Below, one piece after another: positions 1 to 12,529 of a stretch of 64,000 nt of DNA (its first letter is position 1; every line of letters begins with the position of its first letter). The stretch comes from Botryllus schlosseri (lineage: Eukaryota), in the NCBI GenBank assembly GCA_051294905.1, contig CM119377.1, positions 7,936,001 through 8,000,000 on the forward strand. The letters are read 5' to 3'. A model generated the notes under the pieces. It had not been told where the DNA came from and did no database searches. It was given only the letters and a program-made list of their open reading frames with translations. Both the position numbers and the translations under genes were made by a program.

Positions 1-450
1 ATACTGTACTGAAGACAACACTCTTCCTCTTCAAATCGCAGAAAACGACAATATTCAGGGCAATACGGCTCTGAGATGCTCCTGATCGATGTGGGGAAGT
101 GATCGATGTCGAAGTGATTATTTTCAGTACTAATGTTAATTTTATTAGTGGGGGAGATTGTGGTGATCGCTATCGTCCCATTTCGGTTTTGTCATCATTG
201 TCCAATTGGTTGATTGTCCGAACGTTATGGGATGTAGGCCTAGGTATAAAACCATTGCGTTTCCATGCATTGCGTGTCTTAGTTAATAAAAGCCTTTGAT
301 TTATAGAGGTGTATCCGATTCACTACACATTCCATTGACACGCCACATCTAACCGGACATTCGAGGCTTGCGGTTTTTATGAGAAGCTGAATTAGTACGA
401 TGAGATGACAGACATTTTTGATAAAAACGACTAAGTGCTTGAATAGACTG

Positions 451-1858
451 TAGGGTTACCATATTTTTGTGACATAAATTCCGGACGCTCTCTAGCGCCC
501 ACTAGTGGATTTTAAATGAGTTATGAGCACATTGTCGACCAATATGACGTCAGACCAGCAAAGCTTTGTCTATCGACTAGAGGTGGTCACTGGTCACCAT
601 CCGGTTCAGGAGTATGTGGCCGTGGGTTGTAAGTTGTAACCACGGCCGAAGCCGCATTTTTTCAGCCCCCTCCCGCACAGATTAACACTGATCGGCCCAC
701 CGTGCGGTAATCGATGCAACTTCTGGGGGCTTACTATATGCATCTGGTCGTAAATGATTTGAATGAATTACAGAAGAGTGCGGAGAGCTAATCCTCCTCG
801 GTAATCGATAATCGATACCGATAATGATAATAATTAATGATCGTTAAGTTATATTTATATCTGAACAAGACACACAATGTACAGTGCGATAAGACACAAT
901 GCGTTGTAATGAACAGATAGGCCCCCGACGTCACAGTTCTTTTCGATGTTGATATTTTTGAAGCCGCGGCCCATCTAGTTCTTTTTATTCCTTGTGAGTG
1001 CTTTCTTTCGTCGGATCTTTTTCTGGGCTTTTTATGGCGGCGAAAGAGGAGACCAGATAAGCCTCCGGCGGTAATCGTATCGGGGCCGCCCGATTAGTGG
1101 GCCCTTATCGTCACCACTACGCTATCTCCCCGCTTATTGTGGAATTATGTCAATAATATTGGTTCTTCTATATATTACTATATAATTTTGATCCTCTCTC
1201 CGCCCACATGATCATAGTTGGCGGTAGAGCTGGTGGAGGATGATGACTTCGAAAATGCAACATGTCACACCGATAAGATTATTTATCAGCCTAATGCCGG
1301 TGCACACTGCACCACTGAGCTACATAAACACCGCACATCCTGTGGTTTCCAACCTTTTATGGTCACGACTTCATTTCCAACTTGCCGTGGCCCTGCTGAT
1401 TACTAATTAAAGGTCGGCAAATTTTCCCAGACTTACTCACAGCCTATTTTGGAAGCTGATCGTTCAACGTCTTCGAAAACCCCAGAATAGAGGCAAACTA
1501 TCTTTGAATAAAGCAACCAAACAGCCTCAACCAACTCTATGAATATACCGTTACCTTGTAATTGCGATTACCTATTTCTGTAAATAAATGCTATTTCTTA
1601 TTGCAGTTTTTGCGAGGGTGGTAGTCCCCATATTAAAACGAATATATGTGATACTAAATCGCGCGCAGAGCGAAGAAAAATTTACTAAATCTGCCCAAAA
1701 ACAATCTTGTTTATGTTGATCTACGAAAAAATGATGAGCTTACTTCAAGCCTTCAAAATTCCGGACATTTAGGCATATTTTAGAAATTCCTCCCGGACGC
1801 AGCAAAAACAGTGAAATTCCGGACATGTCCGGGAAATTCCGGACGTATGGCAACCCTA
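451..1858. mobile_element. Non-autonomous hAT-like element (MITE) with TAGGGTT(A/G)CCATA terminal inverted repeats
   Basis: Starts TAGGGTTACCATA at 451 and ends TATGGCAACCCTA at 1858. Subterminal AATTCCGGAC motifs occur at both ends. No clean 8-bp TSD is readable. Confidence 0.7.
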
Positions 1859-2263
1859 TAATAGAGCAGTTTTTCGACAATAATGTTCATACTCAGTAGG
1901 ACTGATTGTCGGTAGTTCGCTACATATGTTTTTCGCCAGCTGTGTTGGCAGGGACCGTCCGATATACCTGTTTTCAAATATCATATTACCTTAAATTACT
2001 AATATCGACGAAGCCAAGATAGTGAGTGGACGTAATGTTTCTGCAATATTGGTTTCTGTACTTTGCAAGCAATACATAAATCGAATATTGCTACACATAG
2101 ATACTTGAAATCTTTGTCGATCTAAAACACTGGAAGCCTATATTTTAGCTATACAGTATATAGTTACTTGCGTTCAAAGGTCACATTAACAAATTTGTGA
2201 CATTTCACTTTACAACAAACAATGATACAAAGATATAGCGGAATGACATTAGTTATTCATCAT

Positions 2264-2708
2264 TAGGCTTACCATATTTTGGAAATCTAAAAAGAGGACA
2301 CTTTTTCAGAAATTTGCAATTTGCAAAACCAGAGTAGAATTCTCAAAAACCGGTGAATTTTTCCCACTTTGAGAGCGGTTAACTGGAAAAAAAAAAAGTT
2401 CATCTTTTCCGCTCAGACCTCAAAATACCGTTTTTCTCTCCACATTGCCAGGTGGATGACTATAAAAAAAAGGTCATCTTTTCGTTCAGAGCTAAAATCA
2501 CCGTTTTTCACTCCGAAATACCCGCCGGAGCGCCACTTCTGTGCTAATTTGCGCCTCATCACTCGCAATTTGCTCTAAATCGGACATAAATTTTCAAATA
2601 AGAGGACAAAATCTCAAAAAAGAGGACAAAAGGGCGTCCTCCGAGGACAATTTAAAACAGTCAAAAAAGAGGACAAATCCTCTTAAAAGAGGACGTATGG
2701 TAAGCCTA
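2264..2708. mobile_element. hAT MITE, AGAGGAC family, inserted just 3' of the PITP stop codon
   Basis: 13-bp TIR TAGGCTTACCATA; perfect 8-bp TSD TTCATCAT; repeated GAGGAC motifs; second copy in opposite orientation at 61262-61730. Confidence 0.92.
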
Positions 2709-2784
2709 TTCATCATTAACGTAACAAAACAAAGGTTATTTAAGCGTATAGCTTCAACATATTCTGTGATCGCAGACTTTACGA

Positions 2785-3585
2785 TCATTTTTCTGACATT
2801 CCTCGCGGTTGACCAGAAAATCTCAGCCGGTTAAGCTCATCTTTCGTTTCCGCTTCAAACTTTCTGACGTCATTCATCGTGAGACCGGACCAATTATCCA
2901 TCCAGCAGTACAGCTGTCTGTGCAGCTTGTGCATGTATCGACGGAAGGCGAGATGGATCCTGCTCTCCACTGTCTCTTGCATGCCAAACCACTGGAAGTG
3001 CACGCGAACCAACTTGTAGACGCACACGTGAGGGTGCGACTGGAATTTTCCGCTTTTCATGTCTTGCAGCCAGTTGTCAGTGAGCGGCCCCAGCTTAGAT
3101 GTTTTCGGCACGAATTTCATCGGGTCTTCGGTTTCTGCATAGTCACGTGGGTCGACTTTATCATTCACCAAATCGATGAAAACAATTTCTCTCTCCTGCA
3201 ACTCTTCGGGTGTCAGGTTGTGTACGTTGTCTAGCTCACCGAAATCTTCTTTGTGCCATGACTTCACTTCAAAAACGAATTTCTCCTTCATATAATCGGG
3301 GTTTGCCATGTCGGTACTGACATACGGGTAGTCATTTTGTGATGTTTGATGCAGCTCCTCGGCTCCCTTCGGCACTAATGCCCGTATAAGCGAGGGTAGT
3401 TTAGATCGCAAATGTAATTTCTTGTAAGTGAATTGACCAGAATCACGGGGTTCGTTCACAATTATCTCAACTCCATCTCCCCCACCTGTTTCATGTTTGT
3501 TGGCTGCAGCTGTAGACCAAAGGTGAGCGATTCGGTATTGTTCCAAGCTTAGCGGTAAAACGATCCTGTATTCCTTGATAATCAT
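2785..3585 (-). CDS. Class I phosphatidylinositol transfer protein (PITP alpha/beta-like), divergent, uninterrupted CDS, 266 aa
   Basis: Starts at MIIKEYRIVLPLS (ATG 3585; the first 80 codons of the listed ORF are not homologous). Family motifs: ETGGGDGVEIIVNEP, GQFTYKKLHL, NDYPY, EDPMKF, GPL..NW, YKLV, HRQLYCWMDNW..LTMNDVRKFE. Length matches class I PITPs. Confidence 0.93.
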   Translation of the reverse strand: MIIKEYRIVLPLSLEQYRIAHLWSTAAANKHETGGGDGVEIIVNEPRDSGQFTYKKLHLRSKLPSLIRALVPKGAEELHQTSQNDYPYVSTDMANPDYMKEKFVFEVKSWHKEDFGELDNVHNLTPEELQEREIVFIDLVNDKVDPRDYAETEDPMKFVPKTSKLGPLTDNWLQDMKSGKFQSHPHVCVYKLVRVHFQWFGMQETVESRIHLAFRRYMHKLHRQLYCWMDNWSGLTMNDVRKFEAETKDELNRLRFSGQPRGMSEK

Positions 3586-4969
3586 TTTTTTAATGCCGAG
3601 TACTTCAGATTGCGTAATGTAATGATGACTGTCCGAATGAAAGATTTCATGAATGTCAAGCAGCTGGAAATTATTATGAAAGCATACCCAATACCCATAT
3701 ACTCTTCCGCAAATGTGGATTTGTATAAATGTTCTATCACTTCGAAAACGTGCGATAACGAGTACCAATACATACAAAATGTCATCACGATTACTGACGA
3801 CTAAATTTAGCACATAATGGGCCAAATAACCTACATCCTGAAGTTTGGAATCGTAATAAAACTTGCATGAAGATCGCTGATGGCTCGTCGATCGACATTG
3901 AATATAAGGGGTGGTAAAATAAGCTTGTCCTCCTTTTAAAGGGAGTGTTGGTAACGATCACGCTTCTGCGCACTCATCTGTGAACTTTTTAAATATTCAT
4001 TAGAATCTGCCCTTGGATATCAATGGACCATTGTACCCCATCCAAATTGTTCGCATGTGCCCCACCCACTTTTTCAGAGAAAAATATAATAAAAAATTTA
4101 CAGTCAGAATCAGAATGGCATACGGGGTAACAAATACCTGCTCTGTCTAAGCGTACTAATTTCAAGTACAATTTCAAACACGATCCAGAGGTACATTGAT
4201 GTAAATTTACGCAGGTTGAAAAAATTAGGTAACTAGTCATTTTCTTACAAAGACTACGGCCCTGGCGAAATTAAACCAAGTTAGGATTACGGCTGGTAAG
4301 ACAGTGCTAAATCACCCATGCGATGCATAGGCCCGTTCTTGCTGTTGTATTTTAAAAATATTCACGATGTACCATTGTGTCCCTGTATCCACTGCGCCCA
4401 CCTTCCCCTACACCGACAATCAACATAATACGGACATTGCGAGCCGCTGTTAGGAATAACCAAAAAAGAGCAGCTCATTTTATCGAAGACCTACATCAGC
4501 AACTGAGTTGTGATGATTTGATATTTTGAAGAGCATAAAATTTTCAAATCTTCAATCGCTTATAAGCAGGAGAATTTGTGCGGTCGCGGATGTCCTTGTC
4601 GCCCGGCAGCAGCGTAAAATCTGAATACGCTAGTAAGCATACCCATTACCATATAGCCAAACGCCAGTTCGCCAAATAGTGATGGTGTCGACTTGCGTGA
4701 ATTAAAAACGTTTTAATCGCATCATGGTAGTGCTTGTGGTTCTCTTACGAGCTAGCATGTTATTGACCGGGAATATGACCGCGGGCTGGTTCTCACCCAA
4801 ATTTCTACAGTCAATGTGATACATCACTCTGTTCTTTGTTAAGTTTATGCCATCGCCCGGATTCGGAAAACTAGAAAAATTCAAGCTTTTTCGAATTAGA
4901 TTAGAATTAGAATTATATAGCTATACACAGATGCAAATTGGAAGTGCTACAATTATGATGGCACTATAC

Positions 4970-5985
4970 AATGGTTCTCAACCGGAGGTCCGCGAAGCCT
5001 CGAAATTTGTAAAATGATTGACAATTTTTATTATATTTTCCAATCAGAAAATGCATGAGATAGTTTCGCTTCATAGTTGCTAAAACTTTACGACTCCCGT
5101 CATTAACATGGTCTGGTCGTTTGAGATGAAATATCTGACAGTACAAACCAAATTGCCAATAGCCTGCTGATACAAACATGTTGCTGTTTGGAGATGTTTT
5201 GTTGGGGATTGTTGAAAATTGAAATGTTGGAGATCGCAACGTCAAACGGGGTGACTTCGAAATGAATTTTTTCCTTATATGGCCGAATGAAGGAATTGAA
5301 ACTTCGCTACGAAATATATCTTTTCTGTGATGTATCCACTAAACAACTTCAAGATGAGATGCTAGATAGACTAGACTGGGCGTGATATGTTCACTCTCAC
5401 CAAATGCTGTCTTCCGGATCGTTACGCATTAATATCACATTCGCAACCAATATATCTTGGAGGAAATGGATTTTCGGCACTCGTTCGTATCAAACCGAAG
5501 ACGCAATCATCAAATCAATCATCCAATTGACCAAGCCTATTTTATGTAGACAAAAAGATTTTCTGTTTAACTTACAAATTTCCCATTAGTGCGTTCTAAT
5601 TCGTGTTTGTTATTGTTTAGTTTCAAATTGATATGTTACTAGTACCGTACACTTCAAGTTTTTATTGTTGCCATTGTTACATTGCGGACTTCATGGTATG
5701 TAATTTCTGATTGTTGCGTCATATTTAGCCTTTCTGGTTTTGCTTTTCATTCTGTTTGAATCCCTTCAGTGTGCCGTTAACTCTTGAAAAGAGGCACCCG
5801 AAAAGTCTTCGAGTTGAATATCTATATTACTACAATGGATGTTGTATTGAAAATTAATATTTGCACAGGACAAATGACGTTTGCACGATAATTGAGCTAA
5901 TTTTGAACGAAAACTTGAGGGGGTCCGCGAAGGTCCATGATGGTCCGAAAGAGGTCGGCGCAGACAAAAAGGTTGAAAACCCCTG
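4970..5985 (+). mobile_element. Internally deleted Buster/Charlie-type hAT element with a decayed transposase C-terminus
   Basis: Ends (C)AATGGTTCTCAACC and GGTTGAAAACCCCTG; TSD CACTATAC (nnnTAnnn, Buster-type). Around 5435-5510 a frameshifted TFAT.YL...GFSALVRIKPKT matches the PFATTYLCExGFSALxxIKTK motif of Buster/ZBED5-like transposases. Confidence 0.75.
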
Positions 5986-7627
5986 CACTATACGTTTACA
6001 AAGTTGCAAGTAACAATTGAAGTTATATCATTGTTTCACGCTCATTGAATCTCTTTTGAAGTAGTCACCTCGGAGAAGGGGGAGTAATAAGCCCGAGATG
6101 TACTTATAACACATTATTTTATAAATACCGATTCCCCAACCAATTTGTCAAAATTTCATGTATACAGTACTGTAAGAAATAAACTTGCCGGAGTTGCTCG
6201 TGATCCGAATTAGGTCATTTCGCTTTGTCTTGGATGTTTAGCAATCAAACCCTTTGGAAATGTGTGGGCTCTGAAGTCGGGCTATTGCGCCCGCAAAAAT
6301 GTATTATATAAATGCGACAGTAAGACTATATCTTATAAATATCATGATGAAATACATTAAAAAAATATTTAATCATGTCGTTCCAGTAATTAGATTTTTA
6401 CTTTATATTTGATCAATATTTTTATAACGTTTCTTGGGGCTTTCGTGCGCCACATGCGGCGCGAGGGCCGCAGTTTGCCCACCTCGGATCAAACAGGATT
6501 TTTTCGCTAACCAATGACGCTGTCTGGTTCGTGATACCAACAACATGTGCAATTGTGCATTGTGTAATCTATTCTGATGGCTATTCGCGGCCACTGTGTA
6601 GTATTATCACTGAGCTTCTAGCTGTCTACTTAGACAGATACCTTTACAAGTCGGATTCGAAATGTATTCTCCACAGACAACATGCTTGTCTGTCATCAAA
6701 ACAATACGGAACCCATCGCATGCTCAATCAAGCATATCATAACACCACACACTGCCCGTTTAATATTACGTTGGTCTCTGAATCAGCGCACGGTAATTAG
6801 TAATTACATTATAATACCAGTGCCCAAGATGCTATCACATCCTGTTTGTGAATCAAATGGCATTGCCACCTGCAAATTCTCCAACGATTGATTCATATGC
6901 CTTGCTATGATCCATCTCTAATACTATATTGAATGTGCTGGAAACAGACCTGGATATAACAAGATCGATTCTAATGCTCCCGGCCGACCACCTTTCGTAA
7001 AGTGCTATCATAAATATATTTAATGTACTGCTTATTATCTACTATAGGTGTGATACGTTGGATCGCTATTATGATGCATCCGTCCTGCGCCAAATATTAG
7101 ATCATGGTTGTTGCGGTAACATTTGGCAATACCCAAACAGCGAAATATCACTGTTTGTGACGGTGTTATTTCTTGCGAACTCATGCGTAGGCTACTTTGA
7201 ATATGGAAGATGTAGATACATTACATTACATTGTGAACCACATTGTAATTGCCTGACTCTACATGACGAACCACGAATAGCTTTCATGCCTGGTTTGCAG
7301 AAAACTATATACGCCGCGCGACTATATAGTGACAGTCTTGTTGTTATCGATGGCTGTATAGTTTAGTGCATAATTGAAGACGAGAATAAATTAAATCATG
7401 ATTGCCTTATCGATTCCAGAATAGCCTTGAATGCCCTCCAGCAGGTATAAGAGCACACCCTGGTGTGAACTGCACATATAAACCTGTCACTGATGACGAT
7501 GCGGAGTATTTTACTGTATAATTTACACCGCATATCACATTCCCCGAAACATATGCGTTCGACCTTGCTATTAGCATAGCAGATCGCAGCGAGCCACCCT
7601 GGAAAACCAGTGAACCTTTCCTTAAAT

Positions 7628-8457
7628 CATGGGCGGGCAACTTCTCTAGTCGGCGGGCCGCATATAGGAAAATTAGGTACTTGGCGGGCCGGATTGCTGA
7701 AACGATACATCATTCGCTCATTTATCCACATATACAAGGAATGTATGAATGAATAACGACAGCAATGTCACCTCAAAGCCATTTCTCGCCAATAGTGACG
7801 AAGACAATGTGGATTTGAGAATAGCATTGTCATACAGGCGACGCCATGTTGTCTGCTTCTATCTGATCAATCAACACACCGTGCAATCTTTAATTAAGAT
7901 TTCAAGGTGTTCCATAAGCCCCAAATTTACCAAGATATCAATTCATTATGGTTGAGTAGGTGACGAGATGTCGTCGTTGTTCAACTGTGCGGCCTAGTTA
8001 ATCTCGATATTTCATTTATGCGGTCCGCGACCCGTTTTGAGTTGGCGACCCCTGGCATAAACGGTGTCTTACAAAAGCCTAGAAGTGTGCCGTGCTACAA
8101 GTCGGCGGTTACGGAATCAAAAATAAGAAATACCAGCCTGGTGTAAATGACCATTGTCGTCGACGAACACCATGATTACCACAAACGACATTAGGGTTGA
8201 GTACATCGTAAATGCAGATAACGCAAGTCTTCTCGCTTTGACGAACTTACGCGTAAGCTCCACTCTCGCACGCTGCGTTACACGGATATAATAACAAACA
8301 GTCACTAACATTTGACGTAGCAAGCAAGTAGTGGGGAATCTCGGCAGTCTGGGTCCGCGGACGACATTATCATGTAAGACGGAAAACTGTCCGCGGGCCG
8401 GACAAAATCCCTTCGCGGGCTGGGTCCGGCCCGCGGGCCGTATGTTGCACGCCCCTG
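7628..8457. mobile_element. Buster-type hAT MITE
   Basis: Ends CATGGGCGGGCAAC and GTTGCACGCCCCTG; perfect TSD CCTTAAAT; GCGGGCCG subterminal motifs; contains the end of a further element near 8054. Confidence 0.85.
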
Positions 8458-8531
8458 CCTTAAATAATACAACGTCCAAAAAATTATTATCATTTCATAG
8501 CTGCACTTCTATAATTGATTAGGCCTACTCG

Positions 8532-10208
8532 CAGGGTTGTAATGACTCGAGTCATGACTCGACTCGAGTCAGACTAGAGTCACGATTTTTCTGTGACTCG
8601 ACTTGACTCGAGTCATGTTCTTGAAATGGGAAAATGACTCGACTCGACACGAGTCAATATTTGGATTGACTCGACTTGTACTCGAGTCATTACGCATGAC
8701 TCGACCCAAGTCATTGACTCGGCTTATTTTATATGACTTGAAGATGAAGAAATTTGCGAATCGTAATGGCTAGATCAACGCATATGACGAATTCTACCGA
8801 TATCGCTATTTGTCATCGCTGCTTTCGTTGCACTTGTCTGATATCAGATATGACGCCGTAAAAACAACATACAGTGGTACATATAGTAGCAATGCATTGT
8901 ACAAAATCATCCAGTGACGAAGATGTAATAGATCCTCCGCAATCAAAGTACTCAAGACTTTTCAATTATACAAACAATCGAAGCAAAGTTCAATTAGAGC
9001 CAATGAAATGACTCAGATGGTCAAGTACTTGGAAAAGACTGATAAGCTCATGTGTAGATTTGAAGGCGATGATTCTTCGCATTTTTGGGCGACTAGAAAG
9101 AATGTTGCTCTTCAATGTGGTTCAAAAATGCTTGTCAATTCCTGTATCTAGTGCACCAGTGGAACGTGAATTCAGTAGATGTGGATTTATTCCAAGGCCA
9201 TGCCGCTATAACATATATGAGGATATCCTTTCCACTTTAGTATTTTTGAAGTGTAACTCAATGATTTGATCTGCTGTCTGTGAAAACACACAATACCCCC
9301 GTCCATTTGACGTTTTGTTAGGTATGTGCATTGCGCACGTGAGTAATAATGAATGTATAATATTGTGTGATGTTTGTACAATAGGGCTGTTCAAAAATAA
9401 CTTCTTTTTCATTTTACTAGGTGGCTACTTGATAAAATTGGTATGTTGCATAAAAAGAACACTGAATCGTGCTTAATTTTAAAAAGTTGAATCAATGATA
9501 TTAGAGGAGAAAATTTTATTTTTGAAAATATTAGGAGTGTTTTTAGTCTGAAATTCTTTCATATAATATAATTAGGCTACATACTAGTAGTAAGCCGACT
9601 ATTTTTTCATATCCAAAATATTCCAGTCTAATAAATTCTCTTTTTCTAGTTGGAATTGCGTCGATTTTGCTATGAATCGTATTTTTACACAATATACTAA
9701 TATCATAAGGTAGCCGGTAAAATTCAAAAATCTCTATTTGTAATTAATCCAAAATTTCTCTCATAGTAGTAACGCTCCGGCGGCTATTTCGGGAGCTGAC
9801 CAGGAAAGCTGACCTTTTTTAGTCAACCACCTGATAATGTGAAAAAAACTGTACCTCTACATAAACATGTATCTGTTGATTCTCTATCAGCTGGTATCTA
9901 GACGTGACTTCGTTGGTTCTATATCAGATAGTATATATCAGATAGTATATAGACGTAAATTCGTTTCTTCTCTATAAGCTATAAGCTAATTCAGGATTGA
10001 AAACATGAGTTGAACATGACGTCAATGCAGTGACTTGGACTCGGACTCGAGTCATAACACTATGACTCGGACTTGACCCTTTAAACGGTGACTTGGACTC
10101 GGACTCGACTTGGTGATGAATGGAAAATGACTCGACTTGACTCGAGTCAATACCGAAAAAGTAAGATTGACTCGTGACTCGGAACCATGCGACTTGGTTA
10201 CAACCCTG
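8532..10208 (+). mobile_element. Non-autonomous hAT element (GACTCGAGTC family) with a transposase dimerization-domain remnant
   Basis: TIR CAGGGTTGTAA and TTACAACCCTG; perfect TSD CCTACTCG; dense GACTC/GACTT repeats in both arms. 9060-9269 encodes QKCLSIPVSSAPVEREFSRCGFI..P.R......LSTLVFLKCN, the typical hAT C-terminal dimerization motif. Confidence 0.92.
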
Positions 10209-10299
10209 CCTACTCGTACTAGATTTGGCGATGAATTTCAGATCCAAACATTTTTGAAACTCTACTTGACTCTCGTTTAGATATATAACTGGTTAGTTA

Positions 10300-10605
10300 T
10301 CGAAGAAACAACTATACTATATTGATATAGCCCCTGGAAGGCTATATTTTAGAATGCATCAGTGACGAGCCCGAAATTCACGTAAACAGATTTGTGAATA
10401 TTTCGTCAACTACAATGCTAGCGAGATACATTTGAATAATACATTCTGCACCTAACATTATCATTACAAAACGATAATATTTATAAGCGTATATATAATT
10501 GGCTCAGATATATTTGCAACCGTATACTCCACAATCAGTTTTCTGACATCCATATCGGTTGACCATAAAATCTCAGCCAATTTTCATCCTTCGTTGCGTC
10601 TTGAA
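10300..10605 (-). pseudogene. Duplicated fragment of the PITP 3' end (last ~22 codons plus 3' flank)
   Basis: About 10537-10600 translates DATKDE-NWLRFYGQPIWMSEN*, versus AETKDELNRLRFSGQPRGMSEK* in the intact gene. Adjacent non-coding DNA aligns by eye to 2120-2263 and 2709-2760 and lacks the MITE. Confidence 0.75.
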
Positions 10606-11965
10606 GTATCAAGAAGAAATGGTACTGGTATCGACCTAGGCCGATGTTTTCAACTATTTTTGGTTAAAGGATACAATCATCCAAGGATATTTCACACACA
10701 TATTTGATGCAAACTGCAGGTTATGAAAAGAAAAATAAATGAATATTACATTTACAATCAGCAGTAGGTTCAATGGCACATTCAGCTTATCCGGTGTACC
10801 TTGAAACTCCTATACGCTCGTTTATTTGGATCAAGATGAATATTTTAGGGATAGCAGCTAATGATAAAGATTTTGAAATCGAAGATGATTCAGAACTGAG
10901 AGTAGTTCATCAACACAAGTTATTGATCTGACATAAGCTTTGGGCGTTGGAATAGAAATCTTCGGAACTTTTAACATCCTTACGAAGTGAGAAAAGATGA
11001 AGGTAGAGAAAGTATCTCACTTCCGATTAGGAGAAACAACCTTTTCTTTTCAGCTACTTTCGGAAGCTTTGTGTATTGCCGTGATACTGGCATTGGCGTG
11101 ATACTGTTACAATGGATTACTGGAGGAGTTAGGAATCCCGATTTACAACTCAAGTGAATGGCAGATGCCTATAGGTAGCTCGAATAGGATCCTAAAGTGT
11201 GGAATTCTCCAAATTGCCATCGCCTTATAGGAGAATTAACAATTGCACACCAGTTAGTCTTCGTTAATTATACAGAATCATTGAGAATGATACAGAAACA
11301 TTGAATTGAGGCGATATCAAGAGCACGATTGGATCATACGTGTCAGCTTTGAAATATTGTGTTTTCTTAGTGGTCAGAAAACAAGGATGCACGTAACCCA
11401 GATACACATGTGCCAAGGCGATATGTTTATGTCGGACAGCAGACATTAAAAAAAGATAAAATATCGAAATGATTTCGATGAAAACCTTAATATAGTCAGA
11501 GATGGGCAAGGAGAAAATGTCCTCCAACATCTGATGATGATGGGAGTAAGGTACCAGAGTATATGGGAGATTATACATATGTTAGCTTACTATTGCTCGA
11601 GTATCAAACTAGACAACCTATAAAATTATTGGTTATTAGCGTAAATTTGGACCCTGAATCTCACACTTTATCTGTCCCGTAGAAGCAATATCAGTTTAAA
11701 TCAACCAAATGAAGCAGTGCAAATGTTCATTTGAAGTTATAAATTTACTTTCGACTGCTTGTGGTCTGTGAAACGTTTTATACAATAAACACAAAATAAT
11801 AGAGGTAGTGCAATTATGTGGGTTATGAGACAATGTGGTGGGTGCCTATCCCAAAAACTTGACGTGATGGAGAAAAACGGAAGACATTTTCGAATTCGGC
11901 CCCCAGAAGTTAGTCAAAATCAATTGTCTGATCAAAGTCAACAAAACTTTTGTTGACCAGTGTTA

Positions 11966-12270
11966 CAGTGTTGGGATCAAGTCACTACCTTCCAGTCACG
12001 AGTCATCTCGAGTCATTGCACATTTTGACTCGAGTCAAGTCAAGTCAATCGATTTTCGAAGGTGACTCGAGTCAAGTCAAGTCACGAGTCAGGTCACAAT
12101 TCAAGTCAAATTGTATTTTCGAAGTATGAGGGAGGATTCAAAGTCATAACATTTTGCCTGTTGCGTTAATGACATATTGATTGGTAATATATCTTGAATC
12201 AAATAACGAGTATTAAGTTAAATACACGTGCAAAAAGGCGTCAATATTTTGGGCTAACTTTTGTAACAAA
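11966..12270. mobile_element. Solo end of the CAGTGTTGGGAT (GACTCGAGTC) hAT MITE family
   Basis: Begins CAGTGTTGGGATCAAGTCACTACC and is the reverse complement of the right arm of the 16042-17394 element. The other end is not found. Confidence 0.75.
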
Positions 12271-12529
12271 GCAAATAAAGTGTTTGAAATCGGCAAGGTG
12301 TATGCTCGTTTAGTGCTGAGTCACTTTTTGTGCTGCCAACTCCCCACAGAGAGTGGCCCGAAGTTGAAATAGGAAGACTTTCAACCAAAGCTGTTAAAGT
12401 GACGTAAACAATGTAATTTTGAAAAAGGTTCACAGTGCAGAACCTACCAAGGTTCTTTTGTAAACGCGAACCTCTAAATTTTCGAGGTTCGCACACAGAA
12501 CGCGTGAACCTCACGTTCACACCATCCCT

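Noticed and set aside
1-210. Minus-strand open frame ..NHFDIDHFPTSIRSISEPYCPEYCRFLRFEEEECC.. at the window edge
   Set aside because: No recognisable homology or convincing splice or start signal, and it is truncated by the window boundary.
3586-3825. 80-codon N-terminal extension of the PITP ORF
   Set aside because: It is not homologous to PITPs and starts at a non-ATG codon. The family-typical start MIIKEYR is at 3585.
7250-7620. Weak RNase H-like fragments (TIYAARLY, DSRIALNAL) and stop-poor frames
   Set aside because: Too short and degenerate to support a retroelement call without a database search.
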